Assembly (NCBI GenBank): GCA_038087875.1
Contig: CM075981.1
Span: forward strand, 1,302,001 to 1,366,000
Length of the DNA: 64,000 bases
Source of the DNA: Malacoraja senta
Lineage: Eukaryota
Direction: 5' to 3'
Positions 34,701 through 43,915 of this stretch are shown here, one piece after another (position 1 is the first letter of the stretch; each line of letters opens with the position of its first letter). Both the position numbers and the translations under genes were made by a program. The notes below the pieces were generated by a model. That model searched no databases, had not been told where the DNA came from, and saw nothing but the letters and a program-made list of their open reading frames with translations.

Positions 34701-37700
34701 GGCAATTTAGCTGTCGCTTTGAAATGTAACATCTGAGTAGCTGACATTGTCCTCATCTGTACTGGAGTGTGTCCCTGTCGATTTCCTTCATAATTGCACT
34801 CCTGCATACACAGTTTGATTTTGAATAGACAAACGGGCAGCTTCCTTGTTGCTTTGAATGTCTGACAATGTTGCACAAACGATGCTCCCTTTTCCTGCTG
34901 GCAATTCCCGAAATGTAAAAGAGAATCCAAGATTTGTCTGATGATTTGTCTGATTTGTGGTCAGTTTTAATCACCATGTTATAGGAAAGATGCTATCGTT
35001 GGATAGGGTGCAGAGAAGACTTACAAGGATGTTGCGATGAGTTGAGGGCCAGACCTACAGGGAGGGGTTGAGCTGACTAGGACTTTATTTCTTGGAGCGC
35101 AGGAGGATGAGGTGTGATCTTATGGCAGGTACAAGATCTTGCGAGGAATAGATCGTGTAAATCCACAGGAATAGATCGTGTAAATGCGCAGGAATAGATC
35201 GTGTAAATGCACATACTCTGAGTCTTTTGCCCAAAGTACGGGGATCGAGAACCAGAGAACATTGTTTTAAGATAAGGGGGAATGATTTAACAAGAACCTG
35301 GGGGTAACGTTTTTACACAAAGGTTGGTAGGTATATGAAACAAACTGCCGACGGAAGTAGTAATGGCAGGTTTTCGCAATATTTAAGTAAAATGTGGACA
35401 GGTTCATGAATAGGATAAGTTTAGAGGGTTAAGGGCCAAACAAGTGCAGGTGGAACTAGTGTAGATTCGGCGTGTTGGTCAGTGCGTGCGAGTTAGACCG
35501 AAGGGCCTGTTTCTACGCTACATGACTCTATGACTCTATGTAGATGGATGGGTCAGTTTCCAACATGGCGGGTCTGGCTAAGGTACAGAGATGGTGGATA
35601 TTTGCGAGTGTTGGATTTTCAGATGTTCACTCAGTGTCTGACTGGTTGCTCCTTTCCCACAGAACCCGTGTCTGTTCCTGTACTTGGATTTCTGTCACCA
35701 GCCAATGAACCCTGTCTCAGAGGCTCAGTGACAGTGTCCTGTGAGTCGGTCCGGGGATCCCTTCCCATTAACTACAGCTGGTATGAAAAGACCCCATCTG
35801 TGGATTCAAAGATCTCAGACAGCAATGCCCTGGATCTACATTGTCAATCCTTCCAACACCAGCACCATCAATATTATTGCACGACTTCAAATCAACATGG
35901 GTTACAATCCAGTGAAATGGTCAACGTGTCCATCTCCAGCAGTGACGTGCCCTGCAGTATTCTAGCGAAAATCAACGGCACTGGTAAGTAGTGGAGGGAA
36001 TGTGGAGAAGAAAGGGAAGTGGTTCATAAGATCATATGATAGAAGCAGAAATAGACCATTCAATCATGGCTGATCTATCTTCCCCTCTACACCCCATTTT
36101 CCTGCCTTGTCCCCGTAGCCCCCGACGCCCTGATATCCATGCACCTTATTTAATTAATTTATCAAGATTAAAATGATGGAATTAAGGTCCATTTGTCAAT
36201 ACTTGGTTGTTGGGTTATAGAAATAGATTTCCCAGTGCTGGTGTAGGCCTGCTTCCCGGCTAGAACATCCTCTTATATTTACACAGCTTTAAACTGGGTT
36301 TGCAGTGACATCAGTCCAAGCACTTTCACTTTCCAGCATCTCCACATGACCGACGCTCAAATATGGGAAGGGAACAGAAATTATCAGTAAATGTGGCCAC
36401 AGTTAACTCCTAGAGGACTGTATCAGCTTTGGTCCACTGTGTTAATGTTGACCATTCAGTACCATCGATACTAATCCCATTTACCAGCCCCTCATCCACG
36501 GTCTTCTCAGACTTGACAATTCAAGTGTCCCCACTATCTAAGTTTAAAAATACTTCTTGCTCAGATACCCTCCAAATATTCTACTCCTTAACCCAACCCT
36601 GTGTTCTCCACTTCTTCGCACATCTGCTGCACTGATTTCCCACGAAGTACCCTGTCTCCTTTATCTTACTTTCTTTATCTTTGTTACTTTATTGTTATAG
36701 TAATGGTGCATACAACGAAATTCAGGCGCACAGCTGAAATGTACAAGATAAAAATAACCATAAAATAACATCAAAAAAGTGAGAATAATAAAAATACACA
36801 TACACACATATTCACATACGCATACACATTATGCCTACGAATGCACCCGTACCAGAATATCCATTGTGTATCGAACCGATGTTTGGTAGTTCATGTTGGT
36901 TGTTTAAAGATTTAGGTCAAAGATACAGTGCGGAAACAGGGTCCACCCCGACCAGCGATTCTCGCACATTTAACACTATCCTGCACCTACTAGCGCATTT
37001 TTTTTACATTTACCATGCCAAATAACCAATAAACATGTCGTGGGTTGGTTCAGAAGATCACAAGTGATAGAAGCCCAAATGGACCATTCAATCATGGCTG
37101 ATCTATCTTCCCTTCTTCACCTCATTCTGCTGCCTTCTCCCCATAACCCCCGACACACTGAAATCCATGCACTTTATTTAAGTAACTTGTCAAGTTTAAA
37201 ATGATGAAATTATGGCCCATTTGTCCATACTTGGTTGCTGTGCTCCAGAAATAGATTTCCCGGTGCTGGTGTAGGCCTGCCTCCTGGCTAGAACTACCTC
37301 TTATGTTTACACAGCTTTATACTAGGTTTCCAGTGACATCAGTCCAAGCAAATTCATCTACCCACCACCATCTCCACATGATCCACACACAGATATGTCA
37401 AGGGATCAGACATTATCAGTAAATGTGGCCACAGTTAACTCCTTGAGGACGTTATCAGATTTGGTCCACTGTGTTAATGTTGACCATTCAGTAGTATCGA
37501 TACTAATCCCATTTACCAGCACGTTGTGGCAATTCAGGTACCTTCACCTTCTAGAATTAAAAATATTTCTTGATACCCTTGAAATATCCTGCTCCTTAAC
37601 TTAACCGTATGTTCTCCAATTTTACACATATCTGTCGTGCACAATTTTCCAAAAATAACCTCTCTATGCTGCTCACAGTTTTGCACACCTGTAATAGGTT

Positions 37701-40700
37701 CCCCCTTCCTCACCTGTCATGCATGGAATTTTATAAAACCCTTAGCCAGCCTCTCCCCATCATTGTAATCTTTCATACCAAGCAACACTCCACTCAAGTG
37801 AAATTGCACCGTTTAGATTAGTTTATGGATACAGGCTCTTCGGACAACTGAGTACACACCGTCCAGTATTCACCAGTACACAAGTTCCATGGAGACAATT
37901 TACATAATCCAATTACCCTGCAAACCTGCACGACCTTGGAATGCGGGGGGGGACTGGATCACTTGGAGAAAACCCACGCGGTCACAGGGAGGAGGTACAA
38001 ATTCCGTACAGACAGCATCCGTAGTCAGGATCGAACCCGTGCCTCTGTCGATGTAAGGCAGCAACTCTACTGCTGCGCCACTCTGCCGTCTACACCTGGC
38101 GCCAGAGTTGTTACCAGCAATCCTGCTTGTTATCTGGACTACACTTCTTCCCACCCTGCTTCATGTAAGGACTCCATCCCCTACTCTCAATTCCTCCGTC
38201 GACGCCGCATCTGCACCCAGGATGAGGTATTCCATACCAGGGCATCGGAGATGTCCTAATTCTGCATGGAACGGGGGTTCCCCTCTTCCACCATAGATGA
38301 GGCTCGCACCAGGGTCTCTTATATACCCCGTGAATCTGCTCTCTCTCACCCCATCCGCCCACTCGTAACAAGGGCAGAGTCCCCCTTGTCCTCTCATTCC
38401 AACCTACCAGCCGTCACGTACAACAAATAATACTCCGTCATTTTCGCCACCTCCAACGTGACCCCACCACTTGCTCTTGCAACCGCAAGAAATGCTACAC
38501 TTGTCGCTTTACCTCCCCCCTTGACTTAATTCAAGAACCCAAGCAGTCTTTCCAGGTGCGGCACAGGTTCACCTGCACCTCCTCCAACCTCATTTATCGC
38601 ATCCGCGGCTCTAGATGTCAGCTGCTCTAAATCGGTGACACCAAGCGTAGGCTTGGCGATCGGTTCGCGAACACCTCCGCTCGGTTCGCAATATCCAACC
38701 TGAATTCCCGGTGGCTCAGCACGTCAACCCCCCCCCCTCCCATTCCAAATCCGACCGTTCTGTCCTGGGCCTCCTCCATGGCCAGAGTGAGGACCACCGT
38801 AAATTGGAGGAGTAGCACGTCATATTTCGCTTGGGCAGTTTGCACCCCAGCTGCATGAACATTGACCTCTAATTTCAGGTAGTCCTTACTGTCTCCTCCA
38901 CTTCTCAGCTCTCCCTCAGCCCTCTGGCTCCACCTCTTCCTTTCTTCTTCCCGCTCCCCCCCCCCCACCACACACACACATCTGTGTGAGGAAGGGTTTC
39001 GGCCCGAAAAGTTCCTTATTTCCTTCGCTCCATAGATGCTGCCTCACCCGCTGAGTTTCTCCAGCATTTTTGTCTACCTCCTGCTTGTAATGATAACATC
39101 TCCCATTTGCTACAAATCACACTGAAGATTATTTACCCTGTCTGTTAAGCCTATCAACTCCTTACATAGAATCATAGAATCATAGAATCATAGAAAGTAG
39201 GTGCGAGAGCAGACCACCAGGTCCATCGAGCCCGCACCGCCATTCGCTCATGGCTGAACACCAAACAAACAAACACCCCCACCCACAAACAGTAGACACA
39301 AGACACAGAACACAAGACACTACCCTCCCCTTTATAGCGCTATCACCCCTCTCCACCCCAAGAACCGAGTGATCTCCTGGGGGAGGCAAAAAACCGGATA
39401 AAAACCCAGGTCCAATTCGGGAAAAAAATCCGGGAAATTCCTCTCCGACCCCAATCCAGGCGATCGACACTTGTCCAGGAGATCACTCAGGTCTTACTAT
39501 ACTAACCCTACCTAGGTCCATATCCCTGCCCTCTCCCCGTAGCCCCTTATCCCCTTGGCAGCTAAAAAACCATCGGACAACCATACTCCGTTGTTTTACT
39601 GAAAAGCAGTGAAACTGACTTTTATTTCCTTTTTCCAACAGGTCATGAATATTCTTGTGAATATTCCTATGCAAGGTAAACCACAATTTTTCCAATGAAG
39701 TTACAATGTACTACTTGATGGTGTTTTGATTGGGAATGCTTTATTTGGGAGAAAGTTGTGCCTTCCTTTCACTGACATTAAATGCCGTGAGTGTATTGAT
39801 CTGAATGTACAGTGGCACAGCCTGTCGAGCCACAGCCTCACCACGCCACGAGATAGGTTTATTAGGTGCTGTCTGTGCGTGGTCTGCATGTTTTGCCTTT
39901 AATTGTGTTGGTTTCATTTAAGTGCTCCAGTTTCCTCCCAGCTCCCAAAGCTGTGCCAGTTGTAAATTGCCCCGTGTGTACAGGACAGCGGTTGAATCTG
40001 TGGAAATGGGGTGGTGCGGGGGAAGGAGGGTGTTTGACGGTGGTGGTAGTTGATGAGAAAGTGGAGAAAATAAAAAAGGGATTTACACAGGAACCGTGTG
40101 AATGTAGTTGACTGTCGGCACAGACCTGCAGGGCCAAATGGCCTGTTTCTATACTGTGTTTCTCTATGGGTCTTTGATCCAATTAAAGCAAACATCGAAG
40201 CATAATCAAATGTTGTAGGTTCCGCCATGATCACATTGAATGGCGTTGCTGGCTAAAGGGGCCAAATGGCCTACCCCTGCACCTATTGTCTATTGTGTAT
40301 TGTCTATTATTTCATTTGCCTGACACCAAATATAAATTTATCTCTTAAATATTCTTTAATAATATGTATATAACTTGCAAACCAGTTATGATTTAACTCT
40401 TCAGAAGGGGCTTTACACCGGGTTTACGTCTCATTGTGTTTTGTATATGCTTGGATGATAAGAACAAGTTCCTCCATTTGCTGCTTTTCCGAGCGCGTTC
40501 CCTGCAGAATTCACCATGGCTTCTCCATCACTGACCTCATCGCAAGCTGTGAGATGAATATAGTTGCCAAACCCAAGTCTTGCAGTTTAGCTTTCCTGTG
40601 ACGCTGTGGTGTGGTGCTGATAGGAAAATGCATTGTGAATTATGGGCTTAGACACCCCCCTTGATATCACTTGTGGCAACACCTTGCCATTGATGGAGTC

Positions 40701-42509
40701 ATGCACCAAAAAATCGCTGGCGTAGAATGTGAGAAAACAGTCTTGAATCAGACGGAATACAGCGAACTGAGTTAACACACGCTCTCTTACACATTGAACA
40801 ATGAAAGCATTAAAAATAAATATCCCTGAATATTCCATCAAAATATAGTCATGAAAGTGGGAACAGTTTGTTATTTATCTTATTACAATTGAAATAGATC
40901 TGGCTTTCTATCACACTCTTGTGTTATGCTTGCGTTAGGAAATAAGAACATTAATAAAAGCCACGCCGTTATGAGCGAATCTTTAACCGATTTTTCGAAC
41001 ACGATTCCTTCATGCACACACCTACCGCGTTAATCCAAGTTATATCGAGGGTGTGAGATTAAGCATTATCATTTTTAATTTATTTTATTACTTGGCCTCA
41101 TCTGTTTCCATATTTATTGCCCCACCTCCCTTCCACCATCAGAATTGATCCCTTTTTATTATTCCTGCCTATCCATATGGATTTTATTATAATCTTCCTT
41201 GCAGCTGCATTTTCTTTCTTCCACGGTATTACACTGTTCTTTGTATCCTTACACATGCCCAGATTCCCCCTCTCGTGACTCCTAGTCTGACGAATGGTCT
41301 TGACCCGAAACATCATACATGGGGTCGTGCACCAAAAATGCGCTGGCACAGAAAGTGAGAAAACAGTCTTGAATCAGACCGAATACATCGATATGTTTTA
41401 ACTGACGCTCTCTTACACATTGAACCTTGAAACCTCCCTCGTTGTGTTTCTCCAGCATTTTGTGTCTATCTACTCTGGATTCACTGCTCCATCTAATGAC
41501 TTATTTCTGTCTTCTCCGAATCCATTTAACCGTGTTATCTCTCATTCCCAGCCTTGCAGCAATGAGATCAGTAATTGGTGATCATAAGTTGTCCCCACAC
41601 CGCCCCAGTCCAACACCCGTTCTTTCTCCAAGCTGATCTCCATTGGCTCTGCTGCTTGGCCCCGCTCCACTTCACCAAGATTATGAAGCAAATAACAGGT
41701 ATATGTTTCAAAGATAAACAGTATCGTTTCCTCCCAGTGATTCTGCATCTCTTGCCCTTTGCCTAGTTACATCGCATGGAATGTGGGGCGCTGGATGTTC
41801 TTTCTCCTGCTTGTGATCTGGAGTATCTCAACCGCGGTGTTCACAAGAGGCTCTAATGTAGGATTTCTTGTCATCATGATCATAAATTATAGGAGCAGAA
41901 TTGGGCCATTCAGCCCATTATATCTAATCCGCCTCAAATCATGGCTGATCTATCCTTCCCTCTCGATCCCATTCACCTTCATTCTCCCCATAACCCTTGA
42001 CATTCTTATTTATCAAGAATATGAAAATCTCTGCCTTAAAAATATCAATAGATTTGGATAGATCCAAAATACTGGAGTAGCACAGCGGGACAGGCAGCAT
42101 CTCCGGTGTGAATTGACTTGGCCTCCACAGCCATCTGTGGTAATGAAATCCATAGATTCACCACCCTCTGACGAAAGCAATCCCTTCTCTTCGCCGAATG
42201 TATCTAAACGGTTTCCATTAATTCTTTCAAATATCCTGTGCTTTGATAGAAACAAAAACCGTGCACGTTTTCATATCCTGACGTCAAATCAAATATCCAT
42301 GTAGATGATATCACGAGGTTGCGTGCAGGGTGGATTTCTGTGCCCGGTATGGGTTCGTTGGGGTCCATCTTCCAGCCAGCAATGTGTTGGGAGTGGTCGG
42401 TTCAAATAAAGCGTGGTTCCCACTGTCAATGAGTCTGATGACTTCACATTGTCTTTTGCAGAGACGCGATGAGTCTGAACCTCGGCACTTGGCCCACGAA
42501 TTACAATGA
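19738..42509 (+). CDS. Spliced gene model: six-Ig-domain CD300/pIgR-like (MDIR-like) type I membrane receptor, L-V-V-V-C2-V-C2-stalk-TM-short tail, about 708 aa
   Basis: Hand-built join: 19750..19786 (in-frame upstream ATG at 19738), 25467..25787, 29318..29638, 31516..31830, 32475..32795, 34049..34366, 35663..35983, 39642..39675, 41767..41857, 42462..42509. All introns are GT-AG. Junctions are phase 1 through the Ig exons, then phase 2 and phase 0. Total 2127 nt = 708 codons plus stop, with no internal stop. Exon connectivity is inferred, and extra small stalk exons cannot be excluded. Confidence 0.7.
20668..25282 (+). mobile_element. Full-length CR1-clade LINE, nearly intact, in intron 1
   Basis: TSD TGTACT at 20662..20667 and 25283..25288; empty site at about 57396..57401. 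ORF1 (21020..21974) has a CxxC..CxxC finger, leucine zipper and SGNH esterase (GDSII, HVGTND, DGLH) with a +1 frameshift in a G7 run at 21873..21879. ORF2 (22082..24958) has APE endonuclease and RT (FADD) with a single in-frame TAG at 22754..22756. Tail (TTTCTATG)3. Confidence 0.96.
25467..25787 (+). CDS. V1 exon, V-set Ig domain of CD300/pIgR type; canonical F-strand Cys replaced by Tyr
   Basis: CTTCAG acceptor, GTACGT donor, 321 nt, phase 1-1. Translates VSGARWEPKHVRGVVGRAFTIDCHY...KYWCRGWSRRC...GRVSITD...FTVTVEDLQYGDTGWYNYG...VHLQVSD. The WC-x5-C second disulfide is the CD300/pIgR/TREM signature. Confidence 0.9.
26270..27090 (+). mobile_element. Penelope-like fragment in the V1-V2 intron (duplicate at 58380..59200)
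   Basis: RFTCISFHLIY.IR.SRCELLYIGET...KLEEEHLIFRFGSLQP.GLNIDFSNFK followed by the terminal repeat. Confidence 0.85.
27945..28550 (+). mobile_element. Scrambled CR1 RT/3' fragments next to an N block (duplicate 60052..60657)
   Basis: Two partial LQLYRALVRPHLE segments and a CR1 3' UTR piece. Confidence 0.7.
28551..28892. other. N block, 342 bp
   Basis: Undetermined or masked bases. Confidence 1.
29318..29638 (+). CDS. V2 exon, V-set Ig domain of CD300/pIgR type
   Basis: TTTCAG acceptor, GTACGT donor, 321 nt, phase 1-1. IDC...YWCRARTHQC...DTGWYRC with all four cysteines present (ORF 29329..29658). Confidence 0.92.
30150..30360 (+). mobile_element. Short Penelope-like linker fragment (related copies at 32130..32340 and 63310..63520)
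   Basis: DIIIRHFRHLLRDPTT.HIFPSPP.SAF.RDRSLRDSLV-type sequence between RT and GIY-YIG. Confidence 0.7.
31516..31830 (+). CDS. V3 exon, V-set Ig domain with an extra Cys
   Basis: Only the distal of the two tandem AG acceptors survives (ccatttcag). GTAGGT donor, 315 nt, phase 1-1. IDC...YWCRGRSRQC...DTGWYSC...PMCNV. Confidence 0.9.
32475..32795 (+). CDS. C2a exon, C2/I-set Ig domain (Fc-receptor-like)
   Basis: CCCACAG acceptor, GTGAGT donor, 321 nt, phase 1-1. EPVSVPVL...VSVSCEAVGGSLPIHYTWF...FYCTASN...TCSYVTEINNT; the GSLPI.Y.W motif is typical of FcR-like C2 domains. Confidence 0.9.
34049..34366 (+). CDS. V4 exon, V-set Ig domain of CD300/pIgR type
   Basis: CCTTCAG acceptor, GTAGGT donor, 318 nt, phase 1-1. 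VSGALWAESEV...IDC...YWCPGTSRQC...DTGWYSC. Confidence 0.92.
35663..35983 (+). CDS. C2b exon, C2/I-set Ig domain, intact
   Basis: CCCACAG acceptor, GTAAGT donor, 321 nt, phase 1-1, open frame EPVSVPVLGFLSPANEPCLRGSVTVSC...YYCTTSN...VPCSILAKINGT. Confidence 0.9.
38127..39080 (+). mobile_element. Penelope-like element fragment (duplicate of 229..1162)
   Basis: Same RT and GIY-YIG remnants, with additional stops. Confidence 0.88.
39168..39570 (-). mobile_element. 403 bp 3' fragment of the same CR1 subfamily as the 20668 element, antisense, copy-B specific
   Basis: Reverse complement of about 24897..25280 with an (ATTCTATG)n tail. CAT duplicated at 39165..39167 and 39571..39573. Empty site ttacatcggac at about 1247..1257. 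Confidence 0.92.
39642..39675 (+). CDS. Cys-containing stalk mini-exon (G)HEYSCEYSYA
   Basis: Polypyrimidine tract plus CCAACAG acceptor and AAG|GTAAAC donor. 34 nt, phase 1-2. Homologous to 1326..1374 with an in-frame 15 nt deletion. Confidence 0.65.
41767..41857 (+). CDS. Transmembrane exon (S)YIAWNVGRWMFFLLLVIWSISTAVFTRGSN
   Basis: CTTTGCCTAG acceptor in phase 2, matching the mini-exon. Hydrophobic stretch of about 22 aa with an Arg near its N-terminal end. Donor AAT|GTAGGA is weak at the -1 position. Confidence 0.75.
42462..42509 (+). CDS. Terminal cytoplasmic exon RRDESEPRHLAHELQ*
   Basis: GTCTTTTGCAG acceptor in phase 0, matching the TM donor. TGA stop, followed by an AT-rich 3' UTR and AATAAA at 42912. 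Confidence 0.65.
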   Translation, partial: RRDESEPRHLAHELQ

Positions 42510-42911
42510 AGACACCTAACTTGCACCAACAGTGAGGGAATTGTGCATCGCGATGTAATATTTATGCATCATCCTGCTTTGTCAAATGATATCAATTGGA
42601 CAGAATATACGTCTCTTGCAATTCAACTAGGTTGAAAATACGTCTCTTGCATTTCATGAAAGTGACTTCAAAGCAATTTTCCAAACTTTCCAAACCATAT
42701 CTGTTTCCAAAACTCTTTTCCCGCACTGATCTTAATTGTTGTCACCTCTTCCAAGGTTTCTTTCGTCACCTTCGAACTGTTGTTTTAACCTTTGCATGGT
42801 TGCCGTTGCTCCAGCATCTTATACTCTGTTTAACTATATTATATGCATTCAACTTCCTGGAAAAAATGTTTTTCACTGATTAATGAATAATAATGCATCA
42901 CAAAGCTTCTT

Positions 42912-42917
42912 AATAAA
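42912..42917 (+). terminator. Candidate polyadenylation signal of the 19738..42509 gene
   Basis: AATAAA about 400 nt after the stop, followed by a GT/T-rich downstream element (ttgtttgtctaatttgttttgttt). Confidence 0.5.
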
Positions 42918-43179
42918 TTGTTATTGTCCATAAATTGTTTGTCTAATTTGTTTTGTTTAGACTGTAACTTCAGTGATGAAGAACAGACTGCAATCAGACT
43001 GCGGGATAATCTTCCGGTTGCCAAATGCGTTTAGGAAAGGCAATCAATTATTCTTTCACACCATGCTATCCCATCAGGACAAAGTTATGCAACGACATTG
43101 TTCTGACTATTAGCCTTATTTTTCTCTCCACAGACGCGTTACGCACCTCCAACATCTGCAGATTTAATTTCCGATATGC

Positions 43180-43915
43180 AATTATTTTTTTTGCTTGGAA
43201 GGAACTCCAGATGCTGTTTTAAACTGAAGATAGACATAAATTGCTGGGGTAACTCAGCGTGACAGGCAGCATCTGCGGATAGATCAGGTAGGTTTTGGGC
43301 GGACTGAACGGCGGTGTTCAGCGATACGAACGTGTTCGCCGAGCCTGCGCTTGTTCTCGCTTATCGGCGATCGTTTTGCAGAACACCGCCGCTCAGACAG
43401 CCTAACCTAGCTGATACCCCGGTTGCTAAACACTTTAAGTCCTCCTACCATTCCCACACTGACATTTCTATCCTGGGCATCCTCCATTGTCAGAGTGAGT
43501 CCCAGCGCAAATTGGCGGAGCAGCACCTTATATTTAGCTTGGGCAGCTTACACCCCAGCGGTGTGAACATTGGTTTCTCTAACTACAAGGACCCCTTGCT
43601 TTCCCTTTCAATCCAGCCCCCACCCCCATCCCCCACACATCCCCCCACCTGCCCCCCCCCCTTCCCAGATCTCCGATCATACTGACAGTCTCCGACTACA
43701 TTTTATCTCTAATCGATTTGTTGTTACTTTCTCCCAGCTAACAATGATCTATTCTACATTTTCCTTGATTTTCATCCACTTTCATCACCATTAACCAAGT
43801 ATCTCCCTATCTCCTGACTTCAGTCTGAAGAAGGGTCTCGGCGCGAAACGTCACTCATTCCTTTCATCCAGAGATGCTGCCTTTCCCGCTGAGTTACTCC
43901 AGCATTTTTGTACAA
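43180..43915 (+). mobile_element. Penelope-like fragment (duplicate of 4870..5600)
   Basis: ORF 43314 and the same flanking inverted structure. Confidence 0.8.
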
